Both the position numbers and the translations under genes were made by a program. A stretch of 64,000 bases of DNA from Takakia lepidozioides (Eukaryota > Plantae > Bryophyta). The stretch spans positions 30,938,001 to 31,002,000 of the forward strand of contig CM060734.1 in NCBI GenBank assembly GCA_030704615.1, given 5' to 3'. Positions 12,806 through 23,512 of the stretch are shown here, piece after piece. The stretch's first letter is position 1, and every line of letters begins with the position of its first letter. The notes beneath the pieces are model-generated. The model saw only the letters and a program-made list of their open reading frames with translations. It was not told the DNA's origin and did not search any database.

Positions 12806-14026
12806 TTGCCTCAATCATTCATCTTGGCGGAGACATTGTCGACGACATCCATGGCACTTAATTCTCGCCCCACGGATACCGAGGCGGAGGTTATTGTGTC
12901 ATTGGGAAGAACTACACGTGCAGCACTGACACCTGCTGCCAAGGCTAGTGCAGCCAGTGTGTTGTTGAGGGTGGCCACCTCTATGTGTCAGGCCCCACTG
13001 TTCTCGGCAACCATGATTGCGATGCCGGGGGTAAGACCAGTTGCAATGTTCAGACTAGCAGCAACACTCTATGAGAGTGGCGAGGTCACTTCATCTTCTG
13101 CGGAGTTAATGGAAGATATAGTGGCAGAGGGATCCTCGGATTTGAGGGTCAAGACTGCCACGGCTGCGCCATGGCAAGCTGCAGCTGCCAGGTTGACGGA
13201 TCTGCCAGCTAGGCCAGCCTTTGAGCGCGCCATGGTAACACCTGGAGTTGTCTTGTTAGACAACCAGGATAGTATTTTCTCTTTGAGTGGACCGGCAGGC
13301 AAGAGGTACCAGCCATTGCGGGTTTTGTTGGACTCGGGAGCTCAACCACTGATGTTGGGCAAAGCCGCTATTGCAGGTTTGGGCCTCATGGAGGCGGATA
13401 TGGAGCCTTCTCCCTTCCAGATACAGACATCTCTGGGAGGATCAGAGCAGGCTCGGGGCATGACACGGCGTGAGTTGGCCATTAGACTATAGCCGGATCA
13501 TCCTATAGATGGCTCAGTGATGCGAGCCAAAGTCATTGTAACAGACGCGGTCTCTTACAATGTCCTCGTTGGTGGGGCAGTGTTGTATCTCATAGGCTTC
13601 ACCCTAGATTTTTGGGAGGAGTCAGCATCCTACAGGCCTGGATGGCAGTCAGGGGATGGTCGTCGTGTACAACTCCTTGTGACATTCATTGGGGGTGTTG
13701 CTGCTGCCCAACGGGGCAAGATGCCAACACTAGCAGCCTTCACAGCTGTAGTTAGTTGGCCTGGAGAGTTGCTGGAGGACAATGCCCATGCAGAGGATGT
13801 GCCACCTCCAGCAGAGCAGGATGACATGCATGGTATGGCGGAGTTGCCTGCCATGGTTGCTCACACTCCATTGTGGGGTACGACCAAGGATTTGCAGCAG
13901 GCTGCTGATAGACGGGTGCAACAAGCCTGGGTAGAGGCCTTTGTACCGTCAGGAGAGGAGGAGAGTGCGGTGATTGCACCAAGACCACCTCAGTTGTCAC
14001 CATTGGACACCACACCTCTTGTGTGA
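12806..14026 (+). pseudogene. Retropepsin-like aspartic protease region of the polyprotein
   Basis: RVLLDSGAQPL (Asp codon 13331) and downstream YNVLVGGAVL. Same frame as Gag C-terminus and MTase, with a TAG at 13490. Confidence 0.85.
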
Positions 14027-14890
14027 CAGTGCCCGGATGAAGGCATATGCCTTCTGGACTTGTTTGGCGGGATTAGCACTGGATTGGCTGCAGTGCTACA
14101 GGCAGGTGTACGAATTCAACGTTACCTACATGTGGAGAGGGATGAGACTGCACGACACGTCTCACTGCGCCATGTTGCTCAGTTGGTGCAGCAGTACCCT
14201 GATTTGTTGTCAGTGTCTACAGTTCGTGGATACCAACAAGCCTTGCCAACAGACATCTCCTTGCTGGGGGCGCATGATTTGGAGCGGGTTGGCCCTATTC
14301 ACTTAGTAGTGGCAGGTTGGCCCTGCCAAGGGCTTTCATCAGCTGGGTATGGCAATGGGTTACAAGACTCAAGGTCACGCCTGTTTTGGGAGATGTTGAG
14401 GGTCCTGCGCTATTTACAGCTTCAGCAGACAAACTCTCCGGCATATATCTTGAAGAATGTCCCATTGATGGGTGATTCTCGGGCCAAGGTGATGGCCAAT
14501 GTACATCAAGTGCGGTCTTGGCTTGGGTCAGTAGTGTTGCTGGATGCAGCTGCAGTGGGGTCACGGGCTCATCGCCCACGACTATGGTGGACCAACTTGA
14601 TGCCACCTGCATTGCTCAAGCGTGCATTTGATGGGGTGCAACGGCCACCAAACCTGACGGTGGATAGCATTTTGGACATAGGGAGGCAGTCTCAGCGTGT
14701 GAGACACGATGACTGATCACCTTTGGCAGTGGTCAATAAAGTGGGTCACCCACGAGCAGCATTGCCTACACTGCTCAACTTTCCAGGATCTCATGTTTTT
14801 CGGGATCACGTCGTCAGGTGTTGGGGCAAGCAATGGATCTCAATTGCTTGACCTGGATTATCAACTTAGCTATGGCTGAGCAGCGCAGAG
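14027..14890 (+). pseudogene. DNMT3-like DNA cytosine-5 methyltransferase domain within the retrotransposon polyprotein
   Basis: Motif I LDLFGGISTG, II HVERD, IV GPIHLVVAGWPCQGLS (Cys 14324-14326), V SRLFWE, VI YILKNV (ENV to KNV), VIII DAAAVGSRAHRPRLWWTN. After a TGA and a frameshifting deletion near 14808 comes motif X-like RQVLGQAMDLNCL. Confidence 0.92.
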
Positions 14891-15142
14891 TACGGAGTAC
14901 ACTTTCCTTGATGGTCTCCCTGCCTACCAAGACGGTACAGGCAGTGAGGACCACGAGGTGCAGGCCGCATCCATGGCACACGTGGGAGGTTCTCAAGGTT
15001 CAGAAGGAGTTGGCAGCCAAGGCGGCACTGATGGATGAGGTTAGGGATTTTTCTCGGGTTGATGAGGTCCTCAAGGATGGGATGATGGGGCAGGATGAGA
15101 CATTGTCACTGACAGAGGAGGCAGTGGTCACTGCTCAAGAGG

Positions 15143-17300
15143 TTGCAGCATAGCAATCAGTTGGGCACTTATGTGAAATCCCATGTTCCATCTACCCAAT
15201 TGGCAGCTTTGAGGGAGGAACTCAGGAAGGAATTTGAGGCTCGACTTGCCACTGAGTGTGCTAACAAGATAGATGAGGAGGTCAATCTCAAGTTACAGCA
15301 AGAGTTAGAGGACACAAAAGCTGCTTTGCAGTTGGCCAAGGGACATCTAATTGAAGCCGGCCTCGAGCAGGACCAGTTGCATGAAGCACATAAGCAACAG
15401 TTATACCAAATGCAGGTGAAGCATGAGGGCAAGTTGCAAGAAGTGAATGCACTACATACAGAGTTGCAGGCAGTACATGAGAGGATAACCATACAATGTG
15501 CTACACTCACAACTACTCTTGAGCAAACTGCATTAGAAGTTAACAGACAAGGGGAGAGATGTATGAAAGCAGAGGTAGAGATAATCGAGCAGACGAAACT
15601 CATTGTTGATATGAAGAATACAATCTGTCGCAATGAGAATACTTTCAAGCAATACAGACAGGTTGAGGCTGACCAAGAGAGGTACATCCTGGAGTTGCAA
15701 CAAACAGTCATGGTAAATAGAAATGAACTCTCTGTGGCTAATAAGGCTTGGAAGGAAGCCAATAATCTGGCTGCTGCCTATGCGAGTTTGGTTGAACCTC
15801 ATGCGAAGCGCATGGAGGCTTTACAGCAGCAATTAGATGTGTACAGGCTCACAGAGGAGCAAACTCTCAGGGGTGTCACACACAACTTGGTGAATAACCA
15901 CCTTATGCAGGTCTGGTTAGCACAAGGGCCGGTGGAAGGCAAAGCACCACGGAAGCTCACCCAGGGTGAGATGAATGAGCTCAGACTGCAGGTGCAGGCA
16001 GGTGCAGAACATTGCCACAACTACTATAGACAATGTCTATAGTAGGATAGCGGAGCTACATGAGGATGTAGAAGGCCTGCAGACTCAGGTGGATAACCTG
16101 AGCTCAAATATTGACAAGAGAGTCTTTGTACCTGAGGAGCAGCTGATGGCTACTTATTTACAGGCCAGAACTCTAATTTTTCAGTCTTCTTCGCAAGGGG
16201 TGTAGGAGATGCCAGTGGTAGAAGGGCCAGTGATACCAATACCACAACAAGTGACTGTGCAGGTAGCTGACCCTGTTGTTACTACAGCCACACCACAGCC
16301 TGAGGTATGGGGGGATGCTGCTTTTAACCCACCTAAGACTCCTGCTGCACGAGAGTACAATCGGGCTATGATTATGCCTTTCAACCAAATTCCTATTGTG
16401 TTGGATTTGGCTTGGAATGAATTTAGTCCGCCACAGTCGTTGGCTCATTACTACCAGATCATGCGCATTTGGCTGCCAGTGGCGACTAGGACTAAGGTTC
16501 TTCCGAACAATCGACCCATTGAGGATCATCACTTTGCGAGGTACTGGTCTGAAGCAGGTACCATGTTGAAAGAATTAATTGTCTTCCAACTTGTACATGG
16601 GTACATTTATACCAAAACCAAGGAGGTATCAAGTATTGTCATGGGCTGTGGATTATACTATGCTGCTTGTTTTCTGGCACGTTATCACATTGAGCAGCAG
16701 AGGATGCAATCACGATTTCTGAGTTATTCCAGTGGGGATCATTGGGTCTTACCTTCAGTGCCACCTCATATGTACCTATATGATGCAAAAGTTATGATGC
16801 AGAAGGATTCCCAACTTCGTTCATGGTTTCATTCGGCTTGGAACAATTTGACAACACAGAAATTCGGCCCTGACGATATTTTCTTTAAGGGACATGAGGC
16901 ATGGAAATACTTGCACTGTTCCCAAGTCATTGGCACACCTCTTACCTATACAGATAAGGAGTTCAGAACGTTCACTAATTTTGCGTGCCAGCGCTTACAA
17001 CAAGTTGTACAATTTAAACTTCCAGATATGGTTGGACAACATTGTATGCCACACAGGATTCCACTTAAAGTTCGGCCGTTAAAACACCTAAGGGGAGACG
17101 AGGATTCTGATACTACTGTTTCTTCAGCGGACTTTTTTGACATGGCAGAGGACTATGCGATTCAGATGGCAAAGAAGAAACGACGGGGATCTCCTATGCT
17201 TGAGAGGTTACCTCGTTATCAGGCAAAGGAGGGTCAGACATTTCCAGGTAGTACTCAATCATCTCCGTCAACCAGTGACAGGATTTGGGCTCACACATGA
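15143..17300 (+). pseudogene. Additional 3' ORF of the retrotransposon (coiled-coil N-half, unknown globular C-half)
   Basis: ORFs 15143-16042, 15975-16205 and 16209-17300 join through one frameshift and one TAG. Long heptad-rich E/Q/L stretch. Ends about 90 bp before the PPT. Confidence 0.6.
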
Positions 17301-17527
17301 AGTCCTTCACGAGACTCTCACCGTCAAAAGGGTGCTCGCTCAAAAAGGTTTGCTAATCCCAAACAGTAAACCGTGAGGACACGGCTTTTTGAGAGGGGGA
17401 GGGGTAAATGTTAGAGGGCTGCTTGGGACTTAGACCTTTTACGGGTTCTGTGGGGTACCCTTAATTTTTGCGCAGACTGAGACCAACGGGAGCCTTAGGG
17501 GTGGCAGCAGCAGGCTTTAGGGGGGTT

Positions 17528-17725
17528 ACACAGCCCGACACAGCTTTACACAGTCCGTCACAGCCCGACACAGCCCAACACAACCAGTCACAGCCCGACA
17601 CAGCCCGACACAGCCCGACACAGCCCGTCACAGCCCGACACAGCCCGCCACAGCTTCGCACAGCCCGTCATAGCCTTACACAGCCAGTCACAGCTCGACA
17701 CAGCTTGACACAACTTGTCACAGTA
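17528..17725 (+). repeat. 10-bp tandem repeat (CACAGCCCGA)n in the putative 3' LTR
   Basis: About 19 imperfect units cacagcccga/cacagcccgt. Confidence 0.95.
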
Positions 17726-18034
17726 CATGGGGAACAGTTATCATTGGCAGGGAATGACTGTGAGGGAACGACATCTGCAGAAAGAACGTGTTACTACAGG
17801 GATGACGGTTAATTAGTTAGGTGGTTAGAACAGCTTGCGGGCAGATAAGGGGAGCGGCAACGGAAAGAGGAGGACACTTCATGGGGAGCGCTTCTTGGTC
17901 ATGTAAGAGAGGAGATCAGGCGGAGAGCAAGGAGGAGAGCACGGAGAAGGAGGATGTCCACTGTTGCGGAGGGTTCTGGAGTTAGCCTGGTGCGTAGAAT
18001 GCAGGCCGGGGGTGATCTTCATAAGTCCTAGGTA

Positions 18035-20072
18035 ATGTTTGATCACGTGAAGCGAGTGAAGGATTGGACGACCATGGCCTGTCATGTGTATGATCCTACG
18101 TACCAGCGAGTTATGACTATTGTTGTTTGTGACATGCAGTTGGAGGACACAGAGTCCCAAATTCTTATGTGGAAGGCTCTAGTTAACGTCATGAGAGTTC
18201 ATGGTTTTTCAGATGCAAATTTCACAGGGTTCATGGCAGACAACGCACAAGCTAATTGGAATGCTGTGCGGACTGTGTTTGGCTCTGGTGACCCAAAAAT
18301 ACCAATGCAAGGCCGGGAACGCACTTGGCTTTTTCATTGGACCCAGTCCCTTTGTAAGCACACAAAAAATTCCATAAAATTAGAGTTGCAAGAGGAGCAC
18401 CTGCGACTATGCCGTCTATACAAAGATGCCACCACAGAAAGGGAAGCAAATGCCATGTTTCAGACTATTAGAGCATGGTGGTACTCCTCTGAGGCGGCGA
18501 GTCTGGAGGGGATCAAAGAGCTAGAAGACTGGTTGGGCTTTTGGCACTTCAGATACAGATAGTGGGGTGGCTTCATGACCGCTGTAAGTTAGACTCATAC
18601 TACCATGATTTTCAATTCTTCTTATATATATGGGGGTGTGCACCAGCGGCCTTGCTGTCCAGTCCAGTCCAGTCGAATGCTGCTCCACATAACAGTGGCA
18701 TGTGTGTGGCATTTATCTGCAGAATACGTCACTGGAAGACATTGCGGATATGCCATCCTGCAATCTCGCGGAGACTGTTCATAGTATGTGGATGGCGCAA
18801 TCCGGTATGAACGGCCGGAACCTTTACGTTGCAACTACAGATGACCTTATCCGCGCTCTTTCGCAACAAACAAAGTACCGAGACTTCATCAGGGGACGGG
18901 GTGCTGGTAAGGGGCCGGACAGGGCAGAGTTGCTGCTCAAGGCTGCTAACAGATGCAAGCATCCTACAAAAATGGCGCGGGCTGTTACACAATTGGAATA
19001 CCTTTGCAGTCCAGGCTCCCACATCTGGAAGGTGAGGAGAGATTTGGATCATGCAAGCGCAAACTGGACACCCCTCCAGGATCGGCGGGTGACTCCCATC
19101 GGTGATAGAGACAATTTCTCCATACCTCGTGTGCCTGTGCCACCCAATTTCGGATGTACTTCTCCATCTGTGGATGCAGGTTCTTCTGCAGATTTCGATG
19201 CAACATCTGCCACAGCTCCGGCACGGGGAGAAGGACGGACGCTGCTGCCGGTTGAGGAGACCGATTGTGGTGATGCAGTGTGGCACATAGAACGGACTCC
19301 GAAAGGATCGAAAATTGGTTGTTCTGCTATCAGGGCACTGCAACTAAAATTTGCAGAGGCGTTGGCGGGACTCCAGTACCGACATTCACAGGTTTATTCA
19401 AATATACTCAGTGCGGGAGTCTAGACCTCACAAGTTCTTCAGCGTTGTGTGATGGGGACTTGTCGGGATTCAGTCATCAGTAAGCCTACCATCCCTGTCG
19501 TTTGGTCAGTCAAGGTCGGAACATCTCTCTCCAAACAAGAGATAAACATGCTGGAGGATGCTGGGTTTCGACTTCCAGGAGGCCCAACAGTCCTAACACC
19601 AACATCATCTCGTGGTACGCCATCCGCATTCCCTACACGTCCACCACATGGGAACGACTGGCCAACGAAAAGGAATGGAAAACCGGTTCGTCGTGTTGAG
19701 GCAAGTGCAGATAACCAGTGCAAAATTGAGTCTACGAGAACCCTGCAGTGTCGGGTTACCCAAATTGTTAATGTCCCCCCTCCAGGCTATGGGCGGGTGT
19801 ACAATATGGTGACTTCAGGATCGGTTCTTCATGATAGGACTTATGAGATTACTATTGGGAATTTTCCTAATTGCACATGCCCGAACTTCGACAACACGAT
19901 AAACAGCTCCATTGGAAAGAGAGGTAAATTTGTCCCATGCAAACATCTTTACTACATCTACATTCACAGGATGTTTTGTGATCCTCAACGAGACACGTGC
20001 ATTCACCAATGCACAATGGGTCACAGTGACGTTCAAACACTTCTGCAGAGAGATAGGGTAGTTGACATCTGA
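18035..20072 (+). pseudogene. MULE-like DDE transposase with C-terminal SWIM zinc finger, 5'-truncated and disrupted
   Basis: FMADNAQANWNAV...RERTWLFHW (D...CxxH region with C to W), NLAETVH, and SWIM CTCPNF...PCKHLYY. Probable intron about 18584-18722. Several frameshifts. Confidence 0.8.
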
Positions 20073-20104
20073 TGTGTTTTGTCGGAGTTCTGTATGTGTC
20101 AATG

Positions 20105-21232
20105 ACTCCACTTTGCTGAATTACTTTGATATGCTCCACTATCGCGAGTTCACCAATGTTTCTTAATTTGTCCACTATTGGAAGTGAGACCAGTCACTCT
20201 TCATGGATCCACTTTGATCAAGTAAACCCAAACCTTTCCCCATTTTTGGGCTTTTATTTATTTATTTATTTATTTTAATTTTTGTCTCTTATCGTATTTG
20301 GTGAAATTCCCATGTCTAAACAAGGCATGGGATTAAGATGTCGTTGACGACATCTTAATTCGTGCTTCCCTGAGCAGGATTACAGCTCCCCCTATGGTTC
20401 TCTCCAGCCAATCTAATTTTATATGCTCCACTATCGCGAGTTCACCAATGTTTTAAATAGATCTACTAATGCAGTCAATCTTCATGGATCCACTTTGTCA
20501 AGTAAACCCAGCCCTTTCTCCATTTTGGGGCATATATATATATATATATATATATTGTGATTTATCTTGTTTGGAAATTCCCATTTTCAAAGAGGGCAGA
20601 GGATTAAGATATCGTTGACGACATCTTAATTCGTCATTCCCTGAGGAGGGTTACAACTCCCCCCTATGGTTTTTTCCAAGCCAGATTTATTTTCTTGCAA
20701 CGATTTTCATGGGTTCATTTCTCATGCTGAGCATTCGATTTAAGATGTCGTTGACGACACCTTAATGCTTGGTGCATGCGCTTGCTGATCCCTCACGAGA
20801 CATTCATGGATCCACTTTGTTCAAGTAAACCCAAGCCTTTCTCCATTTTTGGGTTTACATATATATAGGGCAGGGGATTAAGATGTCGTTGACGACATCT
20901 TAATTCGTCATTCCCTGAGCAGGGTTTCAACTCCCCCTATGGTTTTTTCCAGGCCACATTTTTCTTCTTGCAACGATTTTCATGGGTTCATTTCTCATGC
21001 TGAGCATGCGATTTAAGATGTCGTTGACGACACCTTAATGCTTGGCGCATGCGCTTGTTGATCCTACAGGAGACATGCTCATACAGTCCTCCATAGTCCC
21101 CTCATCTGGACAACTTCTCATCCGTGCTTCATCCAACGTTCATCCATTACATTTTTACGTCCATCCCAAATCCATTCATCCGTGAATGTATCATCATGCA
21201 TTCGTGCCACTTTGTCGTCATAGAGCCTGTCT
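20105..21232. repeat. MULE terminal region with about 135/270-bp tandem subrepeats and five palindromic motifs
   Basis: attaagatgtcgt-tg-acgacatcttaat at about 20332, 20603, 20739, 20877 and 21012, with repeated flanks (catggatccactttg..caagtaaaccc). Confidence 0.8.
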
Positions 21233-22280
21233 GTCTTCGGTCCGATGGAGCGGATACTGTGTCTTTGCAGTGAAGTTGGCGTCCACGGAAATAGGCCCAC
21301 TTGTCCCCACGGTTTTGGGGTCCGCAAGCGAAATCTGCTCACGCTTTGATTCTACTCACGCTTCGGGGAATCTACTCACAGGTTCTGCTCACAGCTTTGC
21401 TGCCTCGTCTACTTGTGCCACAGACTTGAAACTGAAGCATACAACACATGTTTCAGCCTTTGATCCAAGAGAAAACTACCTTTTTCCTGAGCGGGAAGCT
21501 TCGTAACTCATGTGGGAAAAAAAAGACACCATTTTGGAATGCAGTTGTGCGGCGCAGTGAGAAGCGTCCATGCCAGTGACCAAGTAGAGAAGTACTAGTG
21601 AAGAAACAGGATTTCAGGGACGACCCTGGAGGCTGAACACGGGGAGAGAGAAAGTGGCTCGCGCGGGCAGGAAAGAAAACCGGGCAGCAGCACGGTTTGT
21701 TAACCGCGACGTGCCTAGTTAACTAGATGGCAGGTGCGGCCGGGTCCTTAATTAACTATCGGGCCGGTCACTTAACTGTCCGGTTAGCCGTCAGTTAGCT
21801 AACCGGCAGGTGTGGCCGGGGCCTAAGTATTTCTAGAGAGAAGAGAATGTACATATTGAACGTTGCTAGTCACACTAGTGGCTATGACTACCTGGAATAC
21901 TGATACATCCAAAATAGGATTTGGTCCTCATGGTGGATACTTTTGAAACGGAATCGTTTTTTCTAGATTAGCTTACACTACTACAGCCCCGTATTTTGAA
22001 CATACTAACTTAGCGCACAGTGAAAATATAATTTAGGCACAAAGGTTGGCAAAAGTATTCCCTAGAATGTGTATTTTCCCTGTATTTTCCTACCTGCCAG
22101 CCTTGATACTTATATTTTATGAAAACCCACCTAGAACTTTCCCAGTGCACGTAGCAGCTCGATAAAATGCCCTTCAGTTATGCGGAAGTTATGCACTTCC
22201 CATGGTTGTTTCAGCAGTCTCCACAGCGCACTTTCATCTAGTAGCTTATGTTAGAAACTTGGGGGGGTCACTCCCCGTAT

Positions 22281-22512
22281 TTTATTTTATTTATTTTATT
22301 TTTAAGAGGAAACCTGGGAGTGATTGCTGACAATTCAGGCCCTGAGGAGGGGGAAAAATCAACCCCCTTTCAGATAAGCCATTAGGCACATAGGTGGGAA
22401 CATCACCACCGGACCAACCGGTCACGAACAATCCACACACAAGGTAGGGCAGCGGGTTTGAACCCCGAACCACCAGGGAGGGTGACACATTGTGCACTGA
22501 CCAGCTAATGTG
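22281..22512 (-). mobile_element. tRNA-derived SINE (family 1)
   Basis: Minus strand: A-box-like TAGCTGGTCAG, B-box GGTTCAAACCC, (TAAAA)n tail. CCGTAT is repeated on both flanks (22275-22280, 22513-22518). Confidence 0.7.
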
Positions 22513-22938
22513 CCGTATCTTCAAAACCACGTGAGAACAAATATAGGATGTAGTTTATTTTTTTGAGGTAAATTCTAGAAAAGTTTTACTTAGAAAATAT
22601 GGTAGGGCAATAACCTTTCATTCATTTTTATTTTTTTTAAAGGTCACAAAAAATCCAAAGTTTTATTTAAAAAATTAATGTAATAAAAGGTTTTATCTAT
22701 AGTATAATGTATCCATCCTTGTGAAGTTTCTCATATTTCATCCAATTCTAATCCATCAGGATGAAATCTTCTCAAAACTTCATTCATTCATTAGGCTTAT
22801 TTGATGAATAAGTCTGTTCTCCCCAAATCTGGGGGTCCTTCAATTATGGTGTTTTGAATTGGTTCTCTAAAGGTAGAGGTCACCTGAAGTTCAAATATGA
22901 TTCTGGTGATACAGAGTGGATTGATGTTGAGACCATAA

Positions 22939-23118
22939 GACAACCAACATGTAGCCCAGTGATAATGGGCAAATACCACGTTGGATGTGGTTGTGGGTTC
23001 AAACCACGGTTTGGTGTGTCATGAAGGTGTCCACATTTCAGCTGGAAGGCAGTAGCCTTTGTGGTGAAGTGACACTATAAGTTACACTCCCTTTGGGAGG
23101 CGTCATATATATATTTTC
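22939..23118 (+). mobile_element. Complete tRNA-derived SINE (family 2) with 12-bp TSD
   Basis: A-box TAGCCCAGTGA (22952), B-box GGTTCAAACC (22996), (TA)n tail. TTGAGACCATAA at 22927-22938 and 23119-23130. Confidence 0.85.
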
Positions 23119-23512
23119 TTGAGACCATAATCTCAACAGTGATTATGAAATTTAATGAACCATCTCAGAACTTGTACTCTTTAGATCCAAGTGATGCTGC
23201 AGCTTTGAATGAGTTCGTGGCTAATGAAATTTAAACTTTTCTTTAGGTCCAGCATTTGACTTATGGAATGTTGTTTGTGTACATGCTTTGAAATTTTGTA
23301 ATTATTTAAGAAAATAATTTAAAATAAGGTCGAATTAATTGCTAAAAAAAACAAATTATAAAGAAAAATAGGGTATTAGAAAACAAAGGGTTTTACAATA
23401 TTATCTAAAGATAGGGTGAAAAAAACAATTAAAAATTAAAAATATAGCCTAGTATAAATATACCTTTGTACGCACGTGATATGAAAAAATAACATATAGT
23501 CCCCCCCCCCCG

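Larger units (their letters stand above)
9620..18030 (+). mobile_element. Decayed Ty3/gypsy-like LTR retrotransposon carrying a DNMT3-like methyltransferase; RT/RNase H/integrase deleted; boundaries approximate
   Basis: Degenerate tRNA-iMet PBS tagtactagagc (about 11049-11060). Gag, zinc knuckles, LLDSGA protease and a C5-MTase follow. A polypurine tract gagagggggagggg (17391-17404) precedes a TGTTAG LTR start at 17409. No overlap between the two LTR remnants was seen. Confidence 0.75.
4426..21823. mobile_element. PIF/Harbinger-type TIR pair enclosing 17.4 kb (non-autonomous, with nested insertions)
   Basis: Left end GGCCCCGGCCGCACCTGCC (4426-4444) is the inverted match (18/19) of GGCAGGTGTGGCCGGGGCC (21805-21823). 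TAA flanks both sides (4423-4425, 21824-21826). A Myb/SANT ORF lies just inside the left end. No Harbinger DDE transposase was recognised. Confidence 0.7.

Noticed and set aside
14060-14716. Bacterial restriction-modification methyltransferase or functional host DNMT3 gene
   Set aside because: It is in frame with gag/protease, intronless, flanked by stops, has a mutated ENV, and has no cognate nuclease or operon context.
17461-17812. Repetitive ORFs (QPDTARHS / GCDGLCRAVS)
   Set aside because: They are products of the 10-bp tandem repeat in the LTR.
20330-21040. CRISPR-like array of palindromic 28-bp repeats
   Set aside because: The spacers are 110-240 bp and themselves repeated, the context is a eukaryotic MULE end, and there are no cas genes.
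22950-23010. tRNA gene
   Set aside because: A/B boxes are present but there is no convincing cloverleaf. The TSD and tail identify a SINE.
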